A stretch of 64,000 nt of DNA from Candidatus Kaiserbacteria bacterium CG10_big_fil_rev_8_21_14_0_10_49_17 (GCA_002778575.1 PFBJ01000003.1:11057-75056), one strand, 5' to 3'. Positions 30,152 through 41,400 are shown, counted from the stretch's first letter. A program made the numbers and translations. The notes: generated by a model from the sequence alone, not told the origin.

Positions 30152-32533
30152 TTAGACGACAAAATTTATCAATCGTCCGGCGACAAAAACTGTCCGTTTT
30201 ATTTCTTTGCCATTTAGGTACGCGGCAACATTACTTACTGCCTTCGCTTGCTCTATCGCCTCTTGCTCGCTTACCCCGCTTTTAAGCGTTATGGTCCCTC
30301 GAACCTTCCCATTCACCTGGACTGCGTACGGCGCGCTTTCTTGCGCGAAGGCATCGGCGTCATACTGAGGCCACGGCGCAGAGTGGATTGAGCCTTCCTC
30401 TCCGATTTTCTCCCACAATTCTTCAGTCATGTGTGGGGCAAACGGAGCAAGAATACGGATGAAGGTACTCCATTGCGCGCGCGATAGAGGCGCGCTCTGT
30501 AGCGCGTTGAGGCAAATCATTAACTGGCTGATTGCTGTATTAAATTTTTGCGACTCAATATCGTCGCCGACCTTTTTTACTGTATAGTGCAGCACACTAT
30601 CAGCAGTGGCATTTGCTTCATCTCCAACTGATGCCTGCAAACGCCACACTTTTTCAAGAAAACGCCGTACACCCGAAATATTTTGCGTGCTCCACGGCTT
30701 CATGTCCGCAAGCGGTCCCATAAACATCTCATACATGCGTACCGCGTCTGCCCCGTACTGGTCAACGACGTCATTCGGATTTACAACATTGTTAAGTGAC
30801 TTGCTCATCTTGCGTCCGTCTTCCGCAAGAATGGTTCCTGGATGGCGAAGTTTCAAAAAAGGCTCTGAAAATGAAATATACCCGAGGGTATGTAGCACCT
30901 TTGTAAAAAAACGGGCATAGAGGAGATGCAGTACTGTGTGTTCCGCCCCACCTACGTAGAGATCAACTGGCAGCCATTTTTTTATTTGTTCTGCTGATGC
31001 AAATGCCTGCTCATTATGCGGGTCGGCAAAGCGGAAAAAGTACCATGAAGAACACACAAACGTATCCATTGTATCTACTTCCGGGGTCCACCCCGTACCA
31101 AATATCTTTTCCGTACGTGCATGCAATTCTTTTGAGCGCGAAAGCGGCGAATACCCTTTCGGCTCAAAATCGACATCAGTGGGAAGCAGCCACGGCAAAT
31201 GCTCTTCCGGTATTGGATGCGGATTGCCCTCAGGATCGTAGACAATAGGAATGGGCGCACCCCAGTATCGCTGACGACCAATGAGCCAGTCGCGCAGGCG
31301 ATACGTTGTCTTCATGTGTCCACCCACCATCTCGGTAATGGCAGATTTCGCTTGAAGCGACTCCATTCCACTACATGTTCCCGAATTCTTTAGTATTCCA
31401 TTTCCGGTAAATGGAGCAGGCGCGTCTGTGCGCTCAATAACTTCCCGAATTGCGCAATTATACTTTTTTGCAAATTCCCAATCGCGTTCGTCGTGAGCCG
31501 GCACCGCCATAATTGCACCTGTACCGTAGTGTCCAAGCACATAGTCGGCAATAAAAATGGGTATTTCTTCCTTCGTGGCGGGATTTATTGCCATTACTCC
31601 CTCAAGCCGTACGCCGCTTTTCTCTTTGCCCTCAGCAGAGCGTTCTATGTCAGACTTGCTTGCCGACTCCTTTACATATGCCGCTACTTCATTCCAATTT
31701 GTTATGTCACCCTTCAGTAGATCAAGAAGCGGGTGCTCGGGCGCCATGACCATATAGGTTGCACCATAGAGCGTATCAGGCCGTGTTGTAAAAACCGTAA
31801 TGACCTCCGTTTCTTTGCCGACAATTGGGAACTGCAGCTCAGCTCCCTCGCTTTTCCCAATCCAATTGCGCTGGTTCGTAATTGTTGATTCCGGCCAGTC
31901 AACCAAATCAAGGTCCGCATCAAGCGCTTCAGCGTAGTCGGTAATCTTAAAGAACCACTGCATCATGTTGCGCTTCTCAACAACTGCACCGGAGCGTTCC
32001 GCCGTACCGTCGGCGAGCACCTGTTCATTGGCAAGCACTGTCTGGTCAATTGGATCCCAGTTAACCGGTGCGTCCTTTTTGTATGCAAGATTATTTTTAT
32101 ACAGCAACAAGAAAAACCACTGTGTCCACTTATAGTACTCCGGCGTATGTGTGCCTATTTCCCTGCTCCAGTCGTATGAAAGACCGAGTCGTTTAATCTG
32201 CTCAATAAAATTTTTTATCGATGAATCTGTCGTCTCCTTCGGATGAATTCCTGTTTTGACTGCATAATTTTCCGCGGGCAACCCGAATGCGTCCCACCCT
32301 ATTGGGTGGAGGACATTGTAGCCGCGCATTCGCAGGTAACGGGTATAGATATCTGTCGCTGTGTAGCCTTCGACATGACCGACATGGAGACCCGCGCCCG
32401 ATGGGTACGGGTACATATCAAGCACGTACCGCTTCTCTTTTTCCGAATCCTCGTCAGCCGCGTAGAGCTGTTCTTCTTCCCACCGCTGCTGCCACTTCGA
32501 CTCTACACCGCTATGGTCGTATGAATTCTTCAT
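30152..32533 (-). CDS. leuS: Leucyl-tRNA synthetase
   Basis: PYPSG.GLHVGH, GWDAFGLPAEN, editing TTRPDT, KMSKS. Confidence 0.98.
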   Translation of the reverse strand: MKNSYDHSGVESKWQQRWEEEQLYAADEDSEKEKRYVLDMYPYPSGAGLHVGHVEGYTATDIYTRYLRMRGYNVLHPIGWDAFGLPAENYAVKTGIHPKETTDSSIKNFIEQIKRLGLSYDWSREIGTHTPEYYKWTQWFFLLLYKNNLAYKKDAPVNWDPIDQTVLANEQVLADGTAERSGAVVEKRNMMQWFFKITDYAEALDADLDLVDWPESTITNQRNWIGKSEGAELQFPIVGKETEVITVFTTRPDTLYGATYMVMAPEHPLLDLLKGDITNWNEVAAYVKESASKSDIERSAEGKEKSGVRLEGVMAINPATKEEIPIFIADYVLGHYGTGAIMAVPAHDERDWEFAKKYNCAIREVIERTDAPAPFTGNGILKNSGTCSGMESLQAKSAITEMVGGHMKTTYRLRDWLIGRQRYWGAPIPIVYDPEGNPHPIPEEHLPWLLPTDVDFEPKGYSPLSRSKELHARTEKIFGTGWTPEVDTMDTFVCSSWYFFRFADPHNEQAFASAEQIKKWLPVDLYVGGAEHTVLHLLYARFFTKVLHTLGYISFSEPFLKLRHPGTILAEDGRKMSKSLNNVVNPNDVVDQYGADAVRMYEMFMGPLADMKPWSTQNISGVRRFLEKVWRLQASVGDEANATADSVLHYTVKKVGDDIESQKFNTAISQLMICLNALQSAPLSRAQWSTFIRILAPFAPHMTEELWEKIGEEGSIHSAPWPQYDADAFAQESAPYAVQVNGKVRGTITLKSGVSEQEAIEQAKAVSNVAAYLNGKEIKRTVFVAGRLINFVV

Positions 32534-32575
32534 ATAGTAATTGACAGATACTCGCAGTTACTTCTGCATACGGAG

Positions 32576-32635
32576 CAAAAACCATCTCTTGTCCCGTAGC
32601 CACTCGTCCGCAGACGAGTGTGGTACTGGGATGGT
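32576..32635 (-). terminator. Long imperfect hairpin with U-tract between the DUF5671 gene and leuS
   Basis: ACCATC...CACTCGTC-TGCG-GACGAGTG...GATGGT-TTTT on the minus strand. Confidence 0.55.
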
Positions 32636-32656
32636 CATACCGCTCTTCCATAGCAT

Positions 32657-33601
32657 CTAGTCCTTAAATACCGGAAATTTTTCTGGGTCAATAGTTCGAG
32701 TAAAGCACTGGAGTCCTGCGTCATGCATCCAGAACTCACTCTCAAATGAGTACCGTGCCACGGAGAGTAACACCGGCTTAACGGCGCCCTCTTGAAATCC
32801 CGTGCTTTGCTGATTGAATGTTGCGCACAGTTTAAATTCAAGCGCTCCGACTTTTTCATATGTGTACGCAAATCCATCTTTTGCTTGTGGGTCCGTTGGC
32901 ACAATGGAGCCGACGAGCGGATCTTCAAGCGCTTCGAGCGTCTCCGGAAGCACTTTCTTTTGCTGATAGTAATTGAGTACTTGGTACTGAATATTTTGCA
33001 GATCATTTACCTTCTGCGAATCATAACGGAGTTCGCGCTGTGTTGCTGGGGTTCCCATGATAAAGAACCCTCCAATAACCGAAGCGAGAATGACAGCCGA
33101 GACAATCCACATAATGAGCTTTGAGTACCCTTCATTCCTCTCCCAGACGCCTCGCATATCAAGGAAGTAGTAAACAAAAATGTCACCGATAACCACAAAT
33201 ACTGCGAGCACCTTAAGGAGAAAGCCTGCCGTGAGTTCTTCACCCCCAAGAAACGCATTAATGAGGACTATGAGATCAATGATAATAGTGGCTCCAGCAA
33301 CAAAGAGCGTAATGAATATGAGCCACCGACGAATACCGAGATCGCGTTTCGCGGGATTTTTTCGAATGTCCTGATTAAGTACCCGCGTGAGAAGAATGTA
33401 AACTGGAAAGAGCACCACAAGTGCCGCTATCGCGAGGCGAATGCCGGTTGAATAGGGGTCAGAGTAAGCAAGCGGATCCTTAAAGGCAACGTCAATATAC
33501 TCAAAATAAAGAGCAAGGAGGCTGATGGTACTCACATAGAGTGTCACCATTGCAGCGAGCCAGAGAAAGAAATCTTTCGGAGACATTTTTATTTTTTCCA
33601 T
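32657..33601 (-). CDS. DUF5671-like membrane protein with C-terminal pilin-like globular domain
   Basis: 5 TMs (KDFFL.L, RRWLIFITLF, F.LK); D.QKVNDL..I...V..YY..K..LP, PTDP, Y.Y, F.LCATF. Confidence 0.7.
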   Translation of the reverse strand: MEKIKMSPKDFFLWLAAMVTLYVSTISLLALYFEYIDVAFKDPLAYSDPYSTGIRLAIAALVVLFPVYILLTRVLNQDIRKNPAKRDLGIRRWLIFITLFVAGATIIIDLIVLINAFLGGEELTAGFLLKVLAVFVVIGDIFVYYFLDMRGVWERNEGYSKLIMWIVSAVILASVIGGFFIMGTPATQRELRYDSQKVNDLQNIQYQVLNYYQQKKVLPETLEALEDPLVGSIVPTDPQAKDGFAYTYEKVGALEFKLCATFNQQSTGFQEGAVKPVLLSVARYSFESEFWMHDAGLQCFTRTIDPEKFPVFKD

Positions 33602-33636
33602 ACGCCGATTCTACAATGATTTCGTACGATTGTACA

Positions 33637-34734
33637 TCAAATGCGAAATTCAATTACATCCCCGTCTTTGACACAGTAGGTCTTGCCCTCGGTACGGACC
33701 CACCCCTTCTCTCTCGCCGCGGCGTATGAGCCTGCCTCAAGAAGTTTCTCGCAATGAATCACTTCTGCGCGAATGAATGTATCGCGAAAATCAGAATGAA
33801 TGGCGGCGCCCGCAGTCGGCGCGCTGCTGCCTCTCTTTACAGTCCACGCGCGCGTCTCTGTCTTGCCAGTTGTAAAGAATGTAATGAGATCAAGCAATTC
33901 GTACCCGCTGCGAATAAGCGTATCAATACCGTCATCCATCACGCCGAACTCCCGCCTGAATGTTTGCTTTTCTTCACTCCCGACGTCTGAAAGCTCGTGC
34001 TCTACCCCCGCGTCAACGGCAACCCATTTCGCATTCATGCGCTTCAAAAAATCGGTTAGCCGCTTCATGCGTTCCCCCGCCTCATCGTCGATATTTAAGG
34101 AACCGCTTTTTTTATTTAGTACATAGAGAATCGGCTTCATCGAAAGGAGGTGCAGTGACCGCACAATCGGAAGCTCTTCTTTGGAAAATTCAATACTCGA
34201 CGCCAGCTTGCCTGACTCAAGGGTCTGGCTGAGCCGCGTAAGGACGTCTTCTTCGGCACGTGCGTTTTTATCCCCTTTCTTAAGGTCGCCTTTAATATTC
34301 TCGTACCGCTTCGATACGGTGGCAAAATCGGCCATAATAAGCTCGAGATTGATGACTTCAATATCATTTGTCGGCTCAACCTCGCCGTGCACATGCGTAA
34401 TGTCGGTGTCATCAAAAATCCGCACAACCTCTGCTATTGCATCGACTTCACGAATATTTGCAAGAAATTGATTACCAAGCCCCTCACCTTCTGACGCGCC
34501 CTTGACAAGGCCGGCAATGTCAACAAATTCGATTGCTGTCGGAATGGTTTTTTCTGACTTGGAAAATTCGCTTAACTGGTTAAGACGCGCATCAGGCACG
34601 GCAACAACGCCAACCGAAGGGTCAATGGTACAAAAGGGAAAGTTTTCCGCCGGAACTGCTTTTTTTGTAAGCGCGTTAAACAGCGTGGATTTCCCCACAT
34701 TCGGCAAACCAACAATTCCTATGGATAACGACAT
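33637..34734 (-). CDS. ychF: Redox-regulated ATPase YchF
   Basis: GLPNVGKST, NFPFCTIDP, DIAGLVKGAS.GEGLGN.FL, TGS domain. Confidence 0.97.
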   Translation of the reverse strand: MSLSIGIVGLPNVGKSTLFNALTKKAVPAENFPFCTIDPSVGVVAVPDARLNQLSEFSKSEKTIPTAIEFVDIAGLVKGASEGEGLGNQFLANIREVDAIAEVVRIFDDTDITHVHGEVEPTNDIEVINLELIMADFATVSKRYENIKGDLKKGDKNARAEEDVLTRLSQTLESGKLASSIEFSKEELPIVRSLHLLSMKPILYVLNKKSGSLNIDDEAGERMKRLTDFLKRMNAKWVAVDAGVEHELSDVGSEEKQTFRREFGVMDDGIDTLIRSGYELLDLITFFTTGKTETRAWTVKRGSSAPTAGAAIHSDFRDTFIRAEVIHCEKLLEAGSYAAAREKGWVRTEGKTYCVKDGDVIEFRI

Positions 34735-34791
34735 ATTGACGCACTGATACTACTGTGTTTCTCTTCAATCAGCAATGCTCTTACTACGGGG

Positions 34792-35121
34792 GTGGTGATG
34801 CTTTCACCGAATGCCGAGTGGGTCACTCGACGAAGCCAATTTTGGTTTCGAGGATTTATCGCGCTGACACTCTTCTATTTTCTTCTCAGCGGAGGCGTGG
34901 TTATGTGTGCGCCCGTTCGTGAGATGTTTTCGATTCTCTCAATGGCAACAACCGCTCTTGCTGTCGCATACGGAGCGCTCTCATCGGTACTCCGTGACGC
35001 GTACAGGAAAAACGCTCTCCCTGTCTATCTGGAAGATGAGCTTGAAATGCCGGAAGCCATGTCCATTAGCTTCGCTGTCGTGACAGTCATTCTCATTGCA
35101 TTTGCATTTCTTGCTTCATAG
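34792..35121 (+). CDS. Hypothetical 3-TM membrane protein (ORFan-like)
   Basis: Three hydrophobic segments; fills the gap between genes; ends at a hairpin. Confidence 0.6.
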   Translation: MVMLSPNAEWVTRRSQFWFRGFIALTLFYFLLSGGVVMCAPVREMFSILSMATTALAVAYGALSSVLRDAYRKNALPVYLEDELEMPEAMSISFAVVTVILIAFAFLAS

Positions 35122-35140
35122 GCCCCGCACTGCGGGGCCT
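35120..35140. terminator. Hairpin between convergent genes
   Basis: aggccccgca-c-tgcggggcct. Confidence 0.65.
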
Positions 35141-35143
35141 TGC

Positions 35144-35734
35144 CTATTCTCCCGCACGCCCCAGCTGGTGTACTTCGCGTTGCCACAAATCGCGCTTTGC
35201 ATCACTCACTCGCTCTGACGGCCCTAAGCAGGTAATCTTCACTGGCGAGAAGCCGGCAAATTCAAGAATTCCCTTGCGGATTTCATTGCTGTAATCACCG
35301 TACTTAAGCCGTGTCTCCATACCACTGTGCGATCCGGCAACGATAATGACTCGCGCGCTTTTTCCTTTAAGGTGCTGGATACGTTTTTTAGTCTCTTTGT
35401 CGAAATTAAATGCAAATCCAGGAATCCATGCTCTATCAAAAAAACCTTTCAGAAGGGCAGGCATCGTATTCCACCAATTCGGATAGACAATAACAAAGTG
35501 GTCAGCCCACTGTATGTTCTTCTGTATCGTAATCAGATCCGGCTCCAGTTCCTGTATTACCTTATAGCCCTTATGGAGAATTGGATCGAATGTTATATCA
35601 CCGAGATTAACCCGACGCACTTCATGCCCTGCCTCTTTCGCCCCCTCTTCATAAGCCTTTGCAAGAGATTCTGAATATGTTTCAGAATCAGGGTTGCCGA
35701 GGAGTATAAAAATTTTCTTTTTCTTTTTTGCCAT
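35144..35734 (-). CDS. Flavodoxin-like NAD(P)H:quinone oxidoreductase (Flavodoxin_2)
   Basis: GNP..E, FDPIL..GY, LEPDL, YP.WW..MPALLKGFFDR...PGFAF. Confidence 0.9.
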   Translation of the reverse strand: MAKKKKKIFILLGNPDSETYSESLAKAYEEGAKEAGHEVRRVNLGDITFDPILHKGYKVIQELEPDLITIQKNIQWADHFVIVYPNWWNTMPALLKGFFDRAWIPGFAFNFDKETKKRIQHLKGKSARVIIVAGSHSGMETRLKYGDYSNEIRKGILEFAGFSPVKITCLGPSERVSDAKRDLWQREVHQLGRAGE

Positions 35735-35774
35735 GGTCACACTGTTATGAGTAAGTCTCTGTAGTGTACCATGC

Positions 35775-35806
35775 ATGAAAAACGGGACCGTAGCCCCGTT
35801 TTTCAT
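35775..35806 (-). terminator. Terminator hairpin
   Basis: atgaaaaacggg-N8-cccgtttttcat. Confidence 0.7.
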
Positions 35807-35833
35807 TACACACCTACCCGAGTATAGAGACGC

Positions 35834-36343
35834 TTACCGCGGGTATTTCTTACGAAAGCGAAGCCGGAGCAATTCAAGCACGCCGGCAACTATAAAAATC
35901 GCGACGATGTACCCAAGAAGTGCCTCAGTAAATGAAATTGGTGCATGCCTCCATGCTCCGAGGATTGTCGCTCCCCACCAGGAAGTAAATGAGATGGCGG
36001 AACCAAGCCAAAATGGAATGAGGCGACGCGTCAGCAGGACTGCATTGATAACGATTGCAAGGACCATAATATCCTTCACCCATACTTTTCCGGAGGTAAG
36101 CGGCCATATATTTCCCTCGACGAATACCCACCACGCAACAAGAGCAAAACCGGAGAGAAGAACGAGTAACGTTCCAATGCGAATCATAAAGTAATTCGCA
36201 TGCATCATCCGCTTTTCATCTGCTGAAACGACGCCGTCCTTAAGCGCGGTGAAAGAAAATATCTCCGCGAGCGTGGCACCACCTGTACCGAGGACTGCTC
36301 CGATAATATGTACCCACACGAGTAGTATATGGAGGTCTGGCAT
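35834..36343 (-). CDS. Hypothetical 5-TM membrane protein
   Basis: HIIG..LG.GGAT start, hydrophobic profile; TATAAT 7 nt upstream. Confidence 0.75.
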   Translation of the reverse strand: MPDLHILLVWVHIIGAVLGTGGATLAEIFSFTALKDGVVSADEKRMMHANYFMIRIGTLLVLLSGFALVAWWVFVEGNIWPLTSGKVWVKDIMVLAIVINAVLLTRRLIPFWLGSAISFTSWWGATILGAWRHAPISFTEALLGYIVAIFIVAGVLELLRLRFRKKYPR

Positions 36344-36358
36344 GTTTCGTATTATACC

Positions 36359-36586
36359 CTACTGAGACAGTGCTTTTGAGAGCTCTTCCTTGTGCGACTG
36401 CATAACCTCCATCATTGCGCTCATTTGATCTTTCCCTGTCGCGGTTTTTGCTTGAATCTCTTTCGCAATTGTTTCAAATAATTCCGGATTTGCTTCAATT
36501 GCTTTAATGAATTGCTCCTGCTGTTCCTTTGGCACCCCTTTCATTTTTGAGGCAACCATTTTACGAATGAAAAATTCTTTAAACAT
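36359..36586 (-). CDS. Small helical hypothetical protein
   Basis: MFKEFFIRKM..KMKGVP..QQ...NPELF..IA.EI; start set at 36586. Confidence 0.7.
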   Translation of the reverse strand: MFKEFFIRKMVASKMKGVPKEQQEQFIKAIEANPELFETIAKEIQAKTATGKDQMSAMMEVMQSHKEELSKALSQ

Positions 36587-36606
36587 ATAAAAGTAGTGTA
36601 GTACGC

Positions 36607-36690
36607 AAAAGTAGAAATGGAAAATGCCACCCGGAGGTGACACTTTCCAGTGTAGTCACCGGAGCAAGCTCCAATGACTACACTCCAAAC
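36607..36690 (-). ncRNA. Candidate small RNA: two adjacent hairpins (CUUG and UCCG tetraloops) plus U-rich tail
   Basis: 16-bp stem at 36649-36684 and 13-bp stem at 36619-36648; G-U pairs form only on the minus strand; no minus-strand gene upstream. Confidence 0.5.
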
Positions 36691-36820
36691 GTATCATGCA
36701 CAGTATCGTTTTGCAAGAGTTTGCAAAGGTGCTGTGGATAAATGCGATCCTAATCCGAATAATTCCCTCTACAAAGCCAATTTTGACAAATTGTGTATTT
36801 TAATGTACTTTTATCCAGCT

Positions 36821-38476
36821 ATGTTGAAGAAAATCCTTACCTACCCGCGGGCAGGGCTCCGTTTTATACGGAACAATAAAAAAGTATCACTACCCGCTAT
36901 CGGACTTATTGTAATTCTCATAATTGCCGGACTTGTATCTGGCGGGACTCACGCAGACGTACCGAATGGAAAGGTTATTAAACGATCTGTCGAAGTTCGA
37001 TCAGTAGCTGAACTCTCAAATGACAAGACGCCTCTCTCCCTCACCGGTCGCGTACGCTCCCAAACTGAGGCAAATCTCTACACCGAGCGCTCGGGTGAAG
37101 TCACCGGCGTTTACCGTACTGTTGGTGATTTTGTATACGCCGGAACAGTTATAGCTGAGATTTCCAATACGTCTGAACGGGCAGCTGTTTTTCAAGCCGA
37201 AGGTGCGGTCGAGCAAGCACAAGCCGCGCTCCAAAAGGTTCAAAGCGGCGCTCGGTCTGAAGAAATTTCTATTCTTGAAATTAATCTGCGCAATGCGAAT
37301 GAGTCATACCAAACTGCCTTGACTAGCGCTCTTAATACTCTCCTTTCCGCGTACGCCACAATTGACGACGCTATTTTGCGCCGTTCTGACCAGGCATTCT
37401 CAAATCCGCGCCTGAGCAATCCAACATTTAATCCTCCTCTCCCCGATTCACAACTCGCAATTACGCTTGCCAATGACCGACTTGCCATTCAATCCATTCT
37501 TGCGCGCCACGCAGTAGCCAGCGCGACTATTTCTGGTGATGAGAGCATAGAAGGTGAATTGGCTAAAACAGCTGAAGATGCCCGTTTTGTTAAGGGATTT
37601 CTTGACGATTTGGTGTATGCTCTTAACCGAGCTATCACATCCTCATCCGTAAGCAGCACTGACATCGACGCATTTCTTGCAGATGCAACGACTGCGCGTA
37701 GTAACGTACAGTCAGTACTAAGTGCGCTTTCAACGGCGCAGTCGACAATCGAGACAAAACGCGCCCTGCTTGAGGTTGCGGAAAAAAACCGCGACCAGGC
37801 AATTAGCGGTGCCCGCAGTGAAGACATTGCAAGTGCTGAGGCTACGTTAAAGCAGGCGCTTGGGACGCTGCGTGTTGCTCAGGCAAACCTTGCAAAAACA
37901 CTGATACGCACGCCAATTAGCGGAACGCTTAATACGCTTTCGATTCAGCAGGGCGACTTCGTGTCCGCGCAGGTTCCTGCCGCAACTGTTTCAAATAACT
38001 CTGCTTTAGAGATACAGACATATATCACCCACGCTGACCGAGAAGACATTGCCGTAGGGTCGGACGTAACCATTGAGGGACGCTACAAGGGGGTTGTAAC
38101 CAGCATCGCGCCGGGCCTTGACCCGATTACCCGTAAAATTGAAGTGCGTATTGGCCTCTCTGATACTGAAACCGAACTAGTGCACGGAGATTCGGTTCGT
38201 ATGTCAGTAAGCCGCGCCGCGAAAGTTGCCGATGCAAGAGAGAGCACTACAGCTGATCAATTTAGTATCCCAATTTCAGCGCTGAAAGTTGAAACTGATC
38301 GAGTTCTCGTATTTACCGTGGATGAAGACCGAACACTCGTTGAGCATACCGTTAAGGAGGGAGCTCTTCTGGGGGAGAAAGTGATTATTCTTGAAGGTCT
38401 TTCCCCTGAAATGGAAATTGTACTGGATGCCCGCGGTCTTGTTGCCGGAGATAGCGTCGTCCTAGTAGAGCGGTAA
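36821..38476 (+). CDS. RND efflux membrane-fusion (HlyD-family adaptor) protein with an unusually long alpha-helical hairpin
   Basis: N-terminal TM; lipoyl halves SGEV..V...VGD.V.AG and IRTPISG; GARSE repeats flank the coiled coil. Confidence 0.88.
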   Translation: MLKKILTYPRAGLRFIRNNKKVSLPAIGLIVILIIAGLVSGGTHADVPNGKVIKRSVEVRSVAELSNDKTPLSLTGRVRSQTEANLYTERSGEVTGVYRTVGDFVYAGTVIAEISNTSERAAVFQAEGAVEQAQAALQKVQSGARSEEISILEINLRNANESYQTALTSALNTLLSAYATIDDAILRRSDQAFSNPRLSNPTFNPPLPDSQLAITLANDRLAIQSILARHAVASATISGDESIEGELAKTAEDARFVKGFLDDLVYALNRAITSSSVSSTDIDAFLADATTARSNVQSVLSALSTAQSTIETKRALLEVAEKNRDQAISGARSEDIASAEATLKQALGTLRVAQANLAKTLIRTPISGTLNTLSIQQGDFVSAQVPAATVSNNSALEIQTYITHADREDIAVGSDVTIEGRYKGVVTSIAPGLDPITRKIEVRIGLSDTETELVHGDSVRMSVSRAAKVADARESTTADQFSIPISALKVETDRVLVFTVDEDRTLVEHTVKEGALLGEKVIILEGLSPEMEIVLDARGLVAGDSVVLVER

Positions 38477-38477
38477 T

Positions 38478-41400
38478 ATGTATTATTTTTGGAGTTTTTT
38501 CCTGAAGAAACGCAGCTTCTCATATCTTTTTATAGCGGCGCTCGTTGTCTTCGGCAGTGCGGCTGTTTTTACGATTCCAAAGGAAAATGCTCCGGAGGTA
38601 AAGGTGCCCATTGCAATTGTCTCAACAATACTCCCTGGAGCAACCGCAGAGACTGTAGAGAAACTGGTTACAAACAAAATTGAGGACGCAATTGCAAACC
38701 TCGAGGATATTAAGTCAATCACATCAACTTCCCGAGAGGGCATTTCTGGCATCGTAGTTGAATTTGACGCAAAGGCTGACATCGAGACATCGGTGCAGGA
38801 CCTTAAGAATGAAGTTGATACCGTGGCACCGCAACTGCCAAATGAAGCTGAAGACTCAACAGTTACGAAGCTCTCCTTTGTGGACCAGCCGGTCCTCACC
38901 GTTGCTATTTCTGGCGACTTGCCTGCACCTGAATTTTTTGCATTAGCCGATTCGCTTGAACGTGAGTTAAAAGCGCTCGCCGGCGTCTCTGACGTACACA
39001 TAGCAGGTAAGCGTGAGCGTGAAGTGCAGGTAATCGTAAGCAAAGAAGCGCTTGCCACCTACGGCCTCACGCTTTCGCAGGTGACCGCTGCAATTGCAGG
39101 TGCTAATACGACACTCCCTATCGGCAGTATTACCGTTAATGATATTGAATACAACGTAGAATTTGCGAGCGACGTTACGGATCCTTCAGAAATCGCTGAC
39201 CTTGCAATCCTTTCCACTCCAAATGGTAGTCCTATTTATGTCCGCGATGTCGCATTTGTTTCAGACAGTTTCGAGAAGACCCGCACATTCTCACGTATCT
39301 CAATTGACGGCTCTCCGAGTGAAAACGCTCTTTCATTTAATATTTTCGCGAAGTCAGGTGGAGATATTACAGACGTTTCCGCACACGTTCGCGCGCACCT
39401 TACCGCACTACAGGAGCCTGGGAGCCTTCTTGAGGGAGTCACTGTCCTTGTCGTTTTTGATGCAGGAGAATTTCTAAAGCGAGACCTCCTCACGCTCGTT
39501 TTCTCCGGCCTTCAAACAGTAGCACTTGTTATGATTATTCTCTTCCTCACAATCGGGTGGCGTGAAGCGCTCGTCGCCGGTGCCGCAATTCCTCTTTCAT
39601 TTCTCATTGCATTTATTGCTCTGGAGGCAACCGGAAACACAATAAACTTTGTTTCTCTTTTCTCGCTCATTTTAGCAGTGGGTATCTTGGTTGACTCCGC
39701 AATTGTAATTGTCGAGGGCATACATACCAGAATGAAGCTTCAAATGGACAAAAAGGAAGCGGCGTATGAGACGATCAAGGAATTTTACCTTCCGCTGACA
39801 TCTGGGACTCTCACGACCGTTGCCGTATTTGCCCCGCTCTTTTTGATTTCAGGCATTACAGGCGAATTTATCGCAAGCATTCCGTTTACGATTATTTTCG
39901 TGCTTATGGCTTCGCTCCTTGTCGCGCTCGGTTTTATTCCGCTTATTGCCTCTATCGTCCTGCGGCGGCGCAACATGAGTCGTCTTGAGGAGAGTCAGGA
40001 ACAGTTCACTTCACGACTCCAAAAATGGTACCGGAACGTGCTCGATTCATTTCTTGAGAATAGAAAGAAGCAACGAACGCTCTTTATTTCACTGTCTGTT
40101 GCATTTGTTGTCGCCCTTTCCTTCCCTATTGTTGGAGTCGTACCGGTTATCTTCTTTCCACAGGAAGATATAGATTTCATTGTCGCTGATGTAGAAATGC
40201 CGCAGGGCTCGATTCTCGAGCGAACTGATTTTGAAGCGCGGAAGGTTGAGGAGATTCTGTACGAGGAGCCTGCAATCGATTCATTTGTAACCACAGTCGG
40301 ACAAGCGAGTTCCTTTGGACTTGAGGGGGGCACGACAGAGAAACGTTTTGCCAATGTATTTATTAACCTGCGGACTGACAGAAGCGACACAAGTACCGAA
40401 ATCGTTAATAGGCTTAGGGAATCAACTACTGACATCCACACAGCAAAGGTGAGCGTCTCTCAGCCGTCAAACGGCCCGCCGGGAGGCGCGCCAGTGTCGA
40501 TTTCATTCCTTGGGGATAATCTCGACGATCTTGATCGCGTCGCAAAGCGGGCCGCACAGCTTCTTGAAAGCATCCCCGGAACTGCTGATGTCGCAACCGG
40601 AGCCCGTAACAGCACGACAGAATTTGTACTGACTATCGACAAAGCAAAGGCGACCGAGCTTGGTCTTGATCCACGAACAGTTGCAGAGACACTTCGGACA
40701 GCGGTGTATGGAACAACTGCCACAACGATAAAAAATCAGGAGGGTGACATTGACGTAGTCGTTCGTCTTGATCTTAATGCTGATTTTATTAATCCGCACG
40801 ATACAAACCGCGCGACTATTGATGATATTCGCCAACTCGCAATTGAAACTGCGCGTGGCCCGATACTGCTCGGATCAGTTCTCACCGGCAGTATTAAGAA
40901 AGGCAACCCGACAATTGCTCACGACGACCGCAAGCGCGTTACCACCGTGACCGCACAGCTTGCTGAAGGTGGAAATGCGCTTGCGATTGTTTCAGAGTTC
41001 CAGGACCGCATCGCTGAGCTTTCGCTTGGCGAAGGTATAGTTGCTGATTTTGGCGGAGAGAATGAAGACGTTCAACAGTCATTCCAGGATATGTTCTACG
41101 CCCTCATCATCGGCATGCTGTCAATGTTTGCTATTCTTGTCTTGCAATTTAACTCATTCCGGCATGCGGGATACGTGCTCTCTATTGTTCCGCTTGCACT
41201 TATCGGCATTTTTGCCGGACTCGCTATTACCGGAAAGGCCCTTTCGTTCCCGTCAATTATGGGATTTATAGCGCTTGCAGGAATTGTTGTTAATAACTCA
41301 ATTATCCTCATTGATGTTATTAACACGCTGCGCGCTAAAAATGACGGCGTCGTAACAAAGGAGATTATCATTACCGGTGCAACGGCACGCTTGCGCCCAA

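Noticed and set aside
36709-36819. DnaA box TGTGGATAA (36733-36741) and TTTGCAA palindrome as oriC
   Set aside because: There is only one perfect box, no dnaA/dnaN nearby, and gene-strand bias does not switch across the site.
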